From the IMG/VR virus record IMGVR_UViG_3300037461_000603, positions 1 through 53,130 of that record: a stretch of 53,130 nucleotides of DNA, one strand, 5' to 3'. Within the stretch, counting starts at the first letter, position 1. Every line of letters begins with the position of its first letter. This stretch comes from a virus. Its lineage: Duplodnaviria > Caudoviricetes. The notes beneath the pieces were generated by a model. The model saw only the letters and a program-made list of their open reading frames with translations. It was not told where the DNA came from and did no database searches. Of the stretch, positions 17,752 through 27,092 are shown in pieces. The position numbers were made by a program, and so were the translations under genes.

Positions 17752-18629
17752 GAAAGGTTCTGTTCGTTCTCCCTGCGCTGGCTATGGCCTGCGCGCAAGT
17801 CTCATCCTCTGAGTACGTGAAGGAGCATGGCTTCTATGGGGAAAGCAACGGCTTTTTCCAGCGAATCGACACGAAGGGGTTCGACCTTCACATCAACGGC
17901 AAGCGTCATGGGTCATTCGGGAAAGCATGCTACGAGGATTTCACCGAGTACCAGGACGGAGACATGTTCTGTGAGCAGATCGACGGCACAGCCTGCCAGG
18001 GTGCTGCCGGAGCTCCGAACTATCTCGTGTTTCCGAGCGGAAACAGATTCGCACAGGACAGCATTGTCGCGCAAACGATCGTTGGCGGTGCAGACATGGA
18101 CGCTGGGTCACTCGATATTGCCGGTGACCAGACCAACAACGACGGCCTTGAGATCTACAGCGGCATCCATGGGACCTGTGGTTCGCCGTTCATCGTCAAC
18201 CATGATGACGCGTTCTACTTCTGCGCCAAGGTGGCTGTCGAAGATGTCTCTGGGACCGATGACATGCACATCGGATTTAGAGCCGCGGGTCTCATGAATG
18301 CGACGTTCGACGACTACACCGATCTCGTGTCGATCGGGCCGATGTCTGGCAATGTGACGATCGAGACGATTGTTGGCGGTGCGGCCACTACAACCACCGA
18401 TACCACGCTCAATCTGGCAGATGGTGGAACTGACACCTATTGCGTGTACGTGAGCTCGGCTGGTGTTGTGACGTACACCGTGGATGGTGACACCCCACCG
18501 ACCACTGCCGCGTTGACGCTCGCTGATTCGCTTGAGCTCATTCCATTCATCCACGTCCTTCAAGATTCGGATCTGTCTGGCGAAATCGACCTCCTCGAAT
18601 GGGAAGTCGGATACGGCACTCAGAACTGA
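17748..18629 (+). CDS. Lipobox-bearing beta-sandwich protein (paralog 1)
   Basis: MRKVLFVLPALAMAC signal; C-terminal domain shared with the next gene. Confidence 0.8.
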   Translation: MRKVLFVLPALAMACAQVSSSEYVKEHGFYGESNGFFQRIDTKGFDLHINGKRHGSFGKACYEDFTEYQDGDMFCEQIDGTACQGAAGAPNYLVFPSGNRFAQDSIVAQTIVGGADMDAGSLDIAGDQTNNDGLEIYSGIHGTCGSPFIVNHDDAFYFCAKVAVEDVSGTDDMHIGFRAAGLMNATFDDYTDLVSIGPMSGNVTIETIVGGAATTTTDTTLNLADGGTDTYCVYVSSAGVVTYTVDGDTPPTTAALTLADSLELIPFIHVLQDSDLSGEIDLLEWEVGYGTQN

Positions 18630-18662
18630 TGTGAAGCGCGAACACAAGGAGGATGAAACAAC

Positions 18663-19946
18663 ATGCAACGGAGAATTCTCGGGTTGGCGCTTCTGGCGAC
18701 GTTTGCCGCGTGTGCACACGTGGACCCAGACACCTACAAGCCGGTCGGTCATCAGTACGGACGTGATGATGGGTGGTTCGTCGATTCATCGGGCAACATG
18801 GCGTACATCGTCAACGGCGCCGAAACGGGTTCGAAATTTGACTCGTCTGGCAATTTCACAACTACGGGCACTCTCACCTACGATGACCTGGCTGCGAATG
18901 ACGACCTGACGGTCGGTGATGACGCCGGCATAACTGATGCGTTGACCGTCTCTGGGGCAACTGCACTCAACGGCGGTCTCACGATGGACACCGACAAGTT
19001 CACGGTCGCAAACACGTCTGGGAATACACTCGTCGCTGGAACATTCGACGCAGACGGTGACGCAACATTCTCTGGGGGTGCTGGTGCAGTGACCTTCGAT
19101 GACTCGGCGAGTTCAATTGTTGTTCCAGACAACGATGGAACGGCCCTCGACATTGGCGCCTCTGGTGCGACGGCGATGATGAGGTTCAAGACCACGAACA
19201 GTGCCGAGTCGGTTGAGTTGAGGTCGAATGTGATCACCTCACCATCTGTTTATGACACGTTTGGTGAGGGCGCAGACAAGGGCATCGCAATGCTCGAATA
19301 CGATGGTACGGCATTCGATGGAACAGCCGGCCACCTGAACATTGTGCACACGAGCTGGGGCAACAGATACGCCTATTTGCCAATTGTCGGTCAGACCGCT
19401 GAAGTGACGATGACGGCAACCGGAATGAACATTGCCGGTGATCAAACCGACAACGACGGTGTTGAGATCTATGGTGGTGTCCTCGGAGCAAGTGGAAGGC
19501 CGTTCATCATCGGAACCGATCCGTCATTCAAGTTTTGCGCTTCGGTCACCATCGACGATGCAAGCGGAACCGATGACTTTCATGTCGGATTTCGCAAGGT
19601 CCAAGCGGCGAATGCAACATTCGATGACTACAACACGTTTGCCACGATTGGAATCGTCGGCAACCACAATCCTGGACAGATCTATCTGGAAACAGACGAT
19701 GATGGTGCTGGCACCACATCGACGGACACCACCGACACATGGGCAGATGGAGCAAGCAAGACTCTCTGCGTCCTCGTAAGCGATACCGGAGTTGTCACCT
19801 ACACAAACGGAGGTGCCGCGCCATCGACGACGGCAGCATACACGTTCGATGATGGAGATCCAGTAATCCCGTTCATTCACATTCTCCAGCATGGTGATCT
19901 CACCGGGGAGGTCAATGTGACTGAGTGGGTTGTCGCATACCAGTAA
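18663..19946 (+). CDS. Lipobox-bearing fibre/beta-sandwich protein (paralog 2)
   Basis: MQRRILGLALLATFAAC signal; fibre-like central repeats; C-terminal domain paralogous to the previous gene. Confidence 0.8.
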   Translation: MQRRILGLALLATFAACAHVDPDTYKPVGHQYGRDDGWFVDSSGNMAYIVNGAETGSKFDSSGNFTTTGTLTYDDLAANDDLTVGDDAGITDALTVSGATALNGGLTMDTDKFTVANTSGNTLVAGTFDADGDATFSGGAGAVTFDDSASSIVVPDNDGTALDIGASGATAMMRFKTTNSAESVELRSNVITSPSVYDTFGEGADKGIAMLEYDGTAFDGTAGHLNIVHTSWGNRYAYLPIVGQTAEVTMTATGMNIAGDQTDNDGVEIYGGVLGASGRPFIIGTDPSFKFCASVTIDDASGTDDFHVGFRKVQAANATFDDYNTFATIGIVGNHNPGQIYLETDDDGAGTTSTDTTDTWADGASKTLCVLVSDTGVVTYTNGGAAPSTTAAYTFDDGDPVIPFIHILQHGDLTGEVNVTEWVVAYQ

Positions 19947-20017
19947 GAGCGAAACGGAATTTCGGCAAGGGCTAGGCGCCGCCGGCCAAACAATCGGGCG
20001 AAAAGGAGTCAAAAGCC

Positions 20018-20779
20018 ATGGCAGACGCAACAGTTACTCAAGGGCAACCGGACAGCACCACGCAAGAGAAGGCGCAACCTGCAGATGTAGGAGCATCACA
20101 GCAGGCACAGCAACCTTCAGTGGAGCCAAAAGGTGCAAGCCACGAAGAGTACGAGAAGCGTGTGCAAGGGCTCGAGACTGCCGCAGCCGAAGAGCGGAAG
20201 AAGCGACAAGCCGCAGAGGCAGAGCTTCAGTGGATCCGTCAACAGCAGAGCGCGCAGCCTCAACCCCAACCACAGCAACCACAGATCGACTGGAAGAATG
20301 AGGACACAAGGTTCTGGGCTAACCCAGCTCAATATGTCCATCAAGTCACCATGTCGAAGGCTGATGAAATCGCCAACGCCAGGGTGGCTGAGAGAGAAAA
20401 GAGACGTCTCGTTGCAAGTGCAAAACGGATTTCGGCTGAAAAGCCGGACTACCCAGAGAAGCACCAAGTGTTCATGCGAATGGTGCAGAATGAGCCGTGG
20501 CTCATGGATCAGGTAGTCGATTCGTCAGAGCCTGCGCGAGAGCTCTACGATCTCGTGGTACGCCGTCAGACTTATGGTTCATCTCCTGAAGAGATGGAGA
20601 GAGCCATTGAGGCAAAGGTGCGCGCGAAGCTCGAAGCGGAGAAACGAGAGCATCAAGCCCAAGCAGCTGTCGCCGGAGCAGTACCAACACAGGCCGGAGC
20701 ATTGGGCTCTGGGCCAAATTCGGCGTTACAGCCCATTCAGAGCGGACACATCCTGGACGATGTGCTTCCCTCGTATTGA
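20018..20779 (+). CDS. Capsid scaffolding protein
   Basis: Q/E/A-rich coiled-coil protein immediately before the capsid gene; EERKKRQ motif. Confidence 0.8.
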   Translation: MADATVTQGQPDSTTQEKAQPADVGASQQAQQPSVEPKGASHEEYEKRVQGLETAAAEERKKRQAAEAELQWIRQQQSAQPQPQPQQPQIDWKNEDTRFWANPAQYVHQVTMSKADEIANARVAEREKRRLVASAKRISAEKPDYPEKHQVFMRMVQNEPWLMDQVVDSSEPARELYDLVVRRQTYGSSPEEMERAIEAKVRAKLEAEKREHQAQAAVAGAVPTQAGALGSGPNSALQPIQSGHILDDVLPSY

Positions 20780-20807
20780 AGGCTAGCGCCGAGAAAGGCG
20801 CGAGACA

Positions 20808-21884
20808 ATGGCGGACACAACCATTGCCAGTGCTCTCACGGTAGAGCAGTGGGAAACCGCGTACATCCGTGAGTGGATGAGACGCAACAAGTTCCATGAC
20901 TACATGGGCAAAGACATCAACAAGCCCATCATCGTCAACGAGACCCTAGGCAAGGTAGCTGGCACGCAGGTGCACATCCCCTTGCTGACCCGTCTTCAAA
21001 ACGCTGGCGTGACCGGTGACAACACCCTCGAAGGCAACGAGGAGGCGTTGGGCAACTACGATCACGCCATCACGGTCGACCAGCTTCGTCATGCGGTGGT
21101 CATTGGCCACATGGAGCAGCAGAAGACCGAGATCAACATGCTCAAAGCGGCATCGCCGGCCCTATTGGACTGGGACGATGACAAACTGAGGGACGAGATC
21201 CTCGCGGCCGCGGGATCTGCCAACGTGGACGGTTCGACGGCCTATGGAAGCTGCAGCGAGGCCAACAAAGACGCATGGCTGGCCGCAAACGATGGTACGG
21301 TGAACCGCGTGCTCTTCGGCAATGCCAAGGGCAATCAGAGCACCACCGACCATTCGGCGTCACTTCTGAACGTCGACTCGACCAACGATACGCTCGACAC
21401 GGGGATCCTGTCGTTGGCCAAACGCATGATCAAGCAGGCTGACCCGCGTTGTCGCCCTGTGAGGTTCAAAGACAGTCGGGAGACGTACGTCGCGTTTGTT
21501 GGCTCGTTGGGCATGCGAGATCTCCGTGCTGAGAACGCCATGCAGCAGGCCAATCGAGATGCGCGCGAACGCGGGGAGTCGAACCCGCTGTTCCAGGATG
21601 GTGACCTGCTCTGGGAAGACATCGTCATCCATGAGATTCCCGAGATCGACGTCATCAGCGGCGTCGGCAACGGAACGATCGACGTTGAGCCTTGGTATCT
21701 CCTTGGGTCGTCAGCCATCGGCGTGGCCATCGGAGAGAAGACCAAGAAGATCAGCGACAGCTTCGACTACGGCAACAAGACCGGCGTCGGCGTTGCATGC
21801 ATTCGAGGCGTCGACAAGCTCATGCACAACTCGATTCAGCACGGCATGCTGACCGGATACGTGTCTGGCGTGGCCGACAGCTGA
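20808..21884 (+). CDS. Major capsid protein (DUF4043/N4-gp56-like)
   Basis: L...GVTGDNTLEGNEEAL, I.VDQLRHAV, NPLF.....WE.IVIHE, FDYGN..GV. Confidence 0.92.
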   Translation: MADTTIASALTVEQWETAYIREWMRRNKFHDYMGKDINKPIIVNETLGKVAGTQVHIPLLTRLQNAGVTGDNTLEGNEEALGNYDHAITVDQLRHAVVIGHMEQQKTEINMLKAASPALLDWDDDKLRDEILAAAGSANVDGSTAYGSCSEANKDAWLAANDGTVNRVLFGNAKGNQSTTDHSASLLNVDSTNDTLDTGILSLAKRMIKQADPRCRPVRFKDSRETYVAFVGSLGMRDLRAENAMQQANRDARERGESNPLFQDGDLLWEDIVIHEIPEIDVISGVGNGTIDVEPWYLLGSSAIGVAIGEKTKKISDSFDYGNKTGVGVACIRGVDKLMHNSIQHGMLTGYVSGVADS

Positions 21885-21961
21885 TGAGACCTGCTCTCTG
21901 ACTGTTCATCGGTCTTCATGACCATGGACAGTCAGAGATGCACCGAGAAGAGGAGAGTTCA

Positions 21962-22420
21962 ATGGCAGTCAAGTTCAAGTGGCTTGGGTATGACAAGGCA
22001 TGGATGGACGCCCGGGTGGCTTCGATGCTGGCCGCGATCGTCTATCCAGAGGCGAGAGGCAAGCCCAAGCTCTACACCTCAGTCAAAGATGATTCGCCCG
22101 ATGAGGCCGATGCAAAGAAGAAACGGATGGCCGAGTACCGCAAGACTCGCGAGAGGGAATACCGCGAACATCTTGCGAGACAGGACGCAGTCGGTGTGTT
22201 CGGTCCGGACGGGCCAACGCAAATCGTCTGCGAGAAGGGTAAGATCGTCGACGTTTCGGAAAAGCATCCGGGCCTTGCCAAGCTGATCAAGCTCGCGGAA
22301 GTCGACGGAGCTGGCGGATGGTCGTACGACGGAACCTGGGTACTCGATGAGTCCGGGGCTGCGGTGCCGAAGAAACATCCCGTTCAGAGCCTTGTCGATG
22401 AGAAGACCCCCAAGAAGTGA
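21962..22420 (+). CDS. Hypothetical virion-associated protein
   Basis: AGGAG RBS, follows the capsid gene. Confidence 0.65.
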   Translation: MAVKFKWLGYDKAWMDARVASMLAAIVYPEARGKPKLYTSVKDDSPDEADAKKKRMAEYRKTREREYREHLARQDAVGVFGPDGPTQIVCEKGKIVDVSEKHPGLAKLIKLAEVDGAGGWSYDGTWVLDESGAAVPKKHPVQSLVDEKTPKK

Positions 22421-22429
22421 GCATCAACC

Positions 22430-22768
22430 ATGACCAAGGCCGAGCTTGCTACAGCTGTTCTGAAACGTCTGACAGTCATCGGATCTGGTGAAACTGCAGA
22501 CGCAGACGATCAGGCGTTGGTGGAGGAAGCCATCGACTCCATCTACCCGCAGCTCAGCAAGCTCGGCCTTGCCCCATTTTCAGTGGACTCGATCGACGAT
22601 TGGGCAGAGCGGCCGATGATTCAGATTGTTGCCGCCGCCGTTGGCCCAGAGTTCGGCTATCGAGATCAAGCCTACAACGCGAACGAGGATAGGGCAGGAA
22701 GGAACGAGCTCAAGAGACAGACCGCAGCACACTCACGCAATATCCCGACGAAAGCGCAATACTTCTGA
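22430..22768 (+). CDS. Head-tail adaptor (P22 gp4-like)
   Basis: AVLKRL.VIG.GE...DD, A...GPEFG; position before the gp10-like gene. Confidence 0.75.
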   Translation: MTKAELATAVLKRLTVIGSGETADADDQALVEEAIDSIYPQLSKLGLAPFSVDSIDDWAERPMIQIVAAAVGPEFGYRDQAYNANEDRAGRNELKRQTAAHSRNIPTKAQYF

Positions 22769-24366
22769 TGCGACGACCGATTCCATTTTGGGTGCAGTCC
22801 AAAGAGGGTCGGTCCAAAGCCGTGTCCGCCCAGAAGCTGATCAACTGGTACCTGGAGATCAACAAGGACGACCAGGAGTTCCCGTTCGTTCTCTATCCAA
22901 CGCCCGGTCTGGTGATTCGCGCGATTGTCGGTGATGGACCGATCCGAGGCATTCACAAGATGGGCGATGACCTGTGGGTCGTCAGCGGTGACCGTCTCTA
23001 TCGTGTACCGAGTTCATGGATTGCAACGGACATTGGACAGGTCAGCGGCACCGGAATGGTCACAATGGCGAACAACGGGACGCATGTTCTCATCGTGACA
23101 AGCGGGCAAGACGCCTACTACGCGAACGCCGCCGGCATCTGGACGATCACCGAACAGAACATGGTGAGCGCTACATACCAGGACGGCTATGGCCTCGCCG
23201 GCAAGCGAACCACGGAGCAGTTCTATCACTCGGATGTGGACGACATGACCACGTGGGGAGCCACGGCGTTCTCAAGCGCCGATGCGTTGGCTGACAATCT
23301 CGTTGCTCTGGCGCGGTTCCAGCATCGCATCTGGGTACTCGGCGAGAAGACGATCGAACGTTGGTACAACTATGGTGGCTCGCCGTTCGCATTTCAGCGT
23401 GAGCAGGGCAGCGTTGTTGAGGTTGGCTGTGCAGCGCCGCATAGCGTCGCCATCGGCCCCGACAGGATGCTATGGGTCGGCCACGATCATCGTGTGTATG
23501 TGACCTCTGGTGGCATTCCTGAGCCGGTGTCAAATGCTGCCGTCAGTCGGGTCATCGACAGTGACACGAGCCCTGTATCCGCGGAGGCGTTCATCTACAC
23601 GCAGGAGGAACACCAGTTCTACGTGCTCTCGCTGTTGTCCTCCACGCTCGTGTTCGATCTCACCACGGGCTTGTGGTCGCACCGTGCGTCTCGCGGCCTC
23701 GACCGCTGGAGATGTCGCGGTTACGAATGGATTTGGGGCAAGCACGTCACTGGTGACTATGCGAACGGGTGCCTTTATGAGCTCGTGATGGACAACTACT
23801 CGGAGCCCGAGGTCGCCACGCACGCCATCACGGCCTATGCGGACGCCACCGGCGGCAAGGTCACTGTTACGAGCGCCGGACATGGTCTTGTAGATGGAGA
23901 CGAGGTCTACGTTTCGGATTCCGATCATTACGATGGCAACTACAAGGTCTCCGGGTGCGCAACAAACACGTTTGTCATCGAAGCTGTGTGGTCCGGTGAC
24001 GACGCCACCGGCAACTGGCGCAAGTACGTGGGGACGCAGCGCAAGGCCATCGGCCGGCTGCTCTCATCCGGAGGCTACCGCGTCGCCATGGACGAGCTCT
24101 TGCTGTCGATGGAGATGGGCGTCGGCCTAGATGGGTCAGTTCAGGGTGCAGACCCTGACGTGATGCTCCGGTACAGCGATGACGGAGGAAACAACTGGTC
24201 GAATGAACGCTGGGGCAAGATCGGAAAACTCGGCGAGTACGAGAGGCAGATCCGGTTTGCCCGTCTTGGCCAGTTTCGTGAACGCCTGCTCGAGGTTTCT
24301 GTGAGCGACCCGGTCAAGGCCGTTCTCAGGGGGGCATGGGCAGACATGCAGGTGCTTGGCAAATGA
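22768..24366 (+). CDS. Tail hub / packaged-DNA stabilization protein (P22 gp10-like)
   Basis: LYPTPGL, GPIRG, DGY, E.G.....SDDGG..WS.E....GK.GEY....RLG..R. Confidence 0.9.
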   Translation: MRRPIPFWVQSKEGRSKAVSAQKLINWYLEINKDDQEFPFVLYPTPGLVIRAIVGDGPIRGIHKMGDDLWVVSGDRLYRVPSSWIATDIGQVSGTGMVTMANNGTHVLIVTSGQDAYYANAAGIWTITEQNMVSATYQDGYGLAGKRTTEQFYHSDVDDMTTWGATAFSSADALADNLVALARFQHRIWVLGEKTIERWYNYGGSPFAFQREQGSVVEVGCAAPHSVAIGPDRMLWVGHDHRVYVTSGGIPEPVSNAAVSRVIDSDTSPVSAEAFIYTQEEHQFYVLSLLSSTLVFDLTTGLWSHRASRGLDRWRCRGYEWIWGKHVTGDYANGCLYELVMDNYSEPEVATHAITAYADATGGKVTVTSAGHGLVDGDEVYVSDSDHYDGNYKVSGCATNTFVIEAVWSGDDATGNWRKYVGTQRKAIGRLLSSGGYRVAMDELLLSMEMGVGLDGSVQGADPDVMLRYSDDGGNNWSNERWGKIGKLGEYERQIRFARLGQFRERLLEVSVSDPVKAVLRGAWADMQVLGK

Positions 24367-24593
24367 AGCTGAAGCTGCAAGTTCCACAGGAGACGCGTGC
24401 CATCCCTCACGAATGGTATCGGTTTTTCTCCGACCTTGTCGCAGCCCTCGGGTTGCACAAAGGAGCCCCGATACTTCCAAGCATGACTGAGACTGAACGC
24501 GACGAGCTCGACGCACAACCCGGTATGGAGATCTACAACACGACTGCAGATCAGGCTCAGATCTACGAGGCTGGTTCATGGAGGCAGTTGTGA
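24363..24593 (+). CDS. Small tail-associated protein
   Basis: EWYRFF; P.MT.TERD.L....G..IYNTT motif typical of fibre proteins. Confidence 0.65.
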   Translation: MKLKLQVPQETRAIPHEWYRFFSDLVAALGLHKGAPILPSMTETERDELDAQPGMEIYNTTADQAQIYEAGSWRQL

Positions 24594-25084
24594 GCAAGAA
24601 AACGAAGAAGCAATCATGTTCGCCTGAAGCTGCAAATGCTGTTGAGGTCAGAAAGGCGACGATTGATGACGTCGGGTCCCTTGCCGACATGATGATGGAC
24701 TCGCATCGAGATCCGATTTTTGCAGAGATAGCGGAGACACAAAGAGAGTACGTCGAAAAGTGGTTCACCGCATTGGTCAGCACTGGCAACGCAGCGATTG
24801 CGATGAAGGACGGCAAGCCTATCGGTGCTGTTGTTTTGGTCGTGTTCCCATTGTTCTACCATCCCGCTCACATCGTGGCTCAGTCTGCATTCTGGTGGGT
24901 ATCAAGAGAACATCGCGGATCTGGCACTGGTCGCGAGCTCATGAAACATGGTGAGGAGATTGCTCGTGAGCTTGGCGCATCCGTGATGCTTTGGACCGCA
25001 CGAAAAGACTCCGCAGGGGCAGCGAGGCTTTGTCTCGAGCATGGATACAAGCTCGGAGAGAGCTACTACTGGAGGAGGATGTAA
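24590..25084 (+). CDS. GNAT acetyltransferase
   Basis: VRKAT.DD, WWVSREHRGSGTGRELM acetyl-CoA motif; usual position before ejection proteins. Confidence 0.85.
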   Translation: MSKKTKKQSCSPEAANAVEVRKATIDDVGSLADMMMDSHRDPIFAEIAETQREYVEKWFTALVSTGNAAIAMKDGKPIGAVVLVVFPLFYHPAHIVAQSAFWWVSREHRGSGTGRELMKHGEEIARELGASVMLWTARKDSAGAARLCLEHGYKLGESYYWRRM

Positions 25085-26446
25085 ATGCCACTGTTTGGTC
25101 TTGGTCTTGGGGCAGTCGGCCTTGGCACCCTTGGTGGTGGCCTGTTTAGCTATCTTGGAGCCACAGACCAGTCCGATACTGCCAAGGATGCACTGGCAGC
25201 TCAGACGGCAATGACTCGTGCGGCCGGAGAACAAGCTGCACGTACTGGGGCAACTGCAGCCGAGCTGACTCGACAGTACGGAGACCTGGCTGGCGGATAC
25301 CTGCAAGACTATGGCTCTCAGGCGCTCGGTGAGCTCTACGCCGGTAGGGACCTAGCAGCTGGGCAGCTTCTCGGATACGGAGGAATGGCAGAGGACGCGT
25401 TGCACCAAGGATACGGTGGTGCAATCGACACGTTTTCTGATGCAGCAGGTCGATCAAGATCCGACATGCTCGATGCCCTCGGTGCATACCAGGGCGGTGT
25501 TGGTGGTGCACAAGCACAGCTCGCACAACAGATGCAACCTGTTCTCGGGTTGCAAGGATATGCGAACCAGGCAGCCAACGTCGCGAACCAGTTTCGCGAC
25601 CAGTCGCAGATGCAGCGTCTTATGGCCGACCCAAGCGGCTACATGGCGCAGGATCCTGGGTATGCCTTTCGTCAGCAGCAAGGAGAGGATGCGATTCGAA
25701 GAGCAGCCTCGGCTGCAGGTGGAAGGCTGAGCGGAAACACGCTCACTGAGCTTTCGAAGTTCAACCAAAACCTCGCGTCGCAGGAGTTCGGAAACGCGTC
25801 TCAGAGGGCGCAAGCTGCAGATGCGGCCACGCTGCAGGCGCTTGGTCAGCAAGCGAGCATCCAGTCAGGTCTCGGCCAGATGGGCTATGGAGCCCAGCAG
25901 AATCTTGCATCACAGATGGGCCAGATGGGCATGCAGGGTGCTGGCGGTGTCGCTGACATCTACCGTAATCTCGCAACGCAAAACATGCAGGCCGGATCGA
26001 ATCTGGCAGGTCTGCAGCAAGGATACGGACAGGCGCTTGGTGGTTGGTACGGAAACCAAGGCCAGAATCTTGCGAATCTCTATACCGGGACAGGTTCGCA
26101 GCTCGCCAACGCGTACTCTGGACTTGGCACAAACATGAGTAACCTTCTCATGAACGTAGGCCAGGGACAGGGGAATGCACTTGCCGGTGCAGGGCAACAG
26201 ATAACAGGTCTTGCGCAAACATTGATTCCGTCGATGACCGGAATGGTTCCGTACGCAGGAGCAGGGTATGGAGCTATTGGAAACACTCTCTCGTCGCTCG
26301 GATCGAATCTCGGTTACATGGCCATGAACGCATCCATGGGTGCAGGTTCTCCGCAAACCGGAATGTCGACACCGACCGGTGCTGGAAGTGCAACCGGAAC
26401 TGGTGGCGCGACTGGAATACCAGGAGTGCAAATCCCGGGCTACTGA
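25085..26446 (+). CDS. DNA ejection/pilot protein (gp7-like)
   Basis: Gly/Ala/Gln-rich; DPGYAFR.QQG..AI...A.A.GG..SG.TL..L..F.Q.LASQEF motif. Confidence 0.85.
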   Translation: MPLFGLGLGAVGLGTLGGGLFSYLGATDQSDTAKDALAAQTAMTRAAGEQAARTGATAAELTRQYGDLAGGYLQDYGSQALGELYAGRDLAAGQLLGYGGMAEDALHQGYGGAIDTFSDAAGRSRSDMLDALGAYQGGVGGAQAQLAQQMQPVLGLQGYANQAANVANQFRDQSQMQRLMADPSGYMAQDPGYAFRQQQGEDAIRRAASAAGGRLSGNTLTELSKFNQNLASQEFGNASQRAQAADAATLQALGQQASIQSGLGQMGYGAQQNLASQMGQMGMQGAGGVADIYRNLATQNMQAGSNLAGLQQGYGQALGGWYGNQGQNLANLYTGTGSQLANAYSGLGTNMSNLLMNVGQGQGNALAGAGQQITGLAQTLIPSMTGMVPYAGAGYGAIGNTLSSLGSNLGYMAMNASMGAGSPQTGMSTPTGAGSATGTGGATGIPGVQIPGY

Positions 26447-26467
26447 TGAACGAACGAGGAGAAGCTC

Positions 26468-27088
26468 ATGCCATTGCGATACCCAGGTACCAGCGTCCAA
26501 ATCACACCGTCGAGAAGCTCGGATCGTGGTTTCCAGTATCTGCAGTCACTGTCAGACAGGCCATACTCTCCGTTTGAAGAGAATTCACGTCGGCAGGCTG
26601 CATTGGAAGCTCTGGGGATCAATACGGATCCGAACGCTGCGATGATGAGAGGACTCAGATACCAGCCTGGAGCGCCTCTGCAGAACACGATGGGGACAGC
26701 ACCTGTTCGCACTGCGTCAGGACTCTTCTCTCCGGTATCGGCTGGTCAGGCGTCTCCAGTTGCATTGCCGCGCACAATGCCGACTGGAAGTGCTTTGCCA
26801 ACTCAACTGGACGCAGCAGAAAGTGTTGAAAAACAAAAGGCGTCATGGTTAGCCGCAAATCCAGATACGACGCAGAACACACGTGACTCCACGGCTGCAG
26901 CGCTAAATCTATCGCCAGCACTGAGAAACACGCTCGGGCCTGAGTTTCTCGACATGATGGCATCCTTGGGTATTCCAGGGCTACCTGGATCGCAGTCGAA
27001 TACACCAGCCCAGCCAACTGCGACAGATAGCAACACCAGCGTTTCGGCAACAAACAGTCATGGTCGTGGTCGTTCGCGAGCGAGGTGA
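26468..27088 (+). CDS. Hypothetical low-complexity protein (possible ejection protein)
   Basis: GAGGAGG RBS; lies within the ejection cluster. Confidence 0.6.
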   Translation: MPLRYPGTSVQITPSRSSDRGFQYLQSLSDRPYSPFEENSRRQAALEALGINTDPNAAMMRGLRYQPGAPLQNTMGTAPVRTASGLFSPVSAGQASPVALPRTMPTGSALPTQLDAAESVEKQKASWLAANPDTTQNTRDSTAAALNLSPALRNTLGPEFLDMMASLGIPGLPGSQSNTPAQPTATDSNTSVSATNSHGRGRSRAR

Positions 27089-27092
27089 TCAC

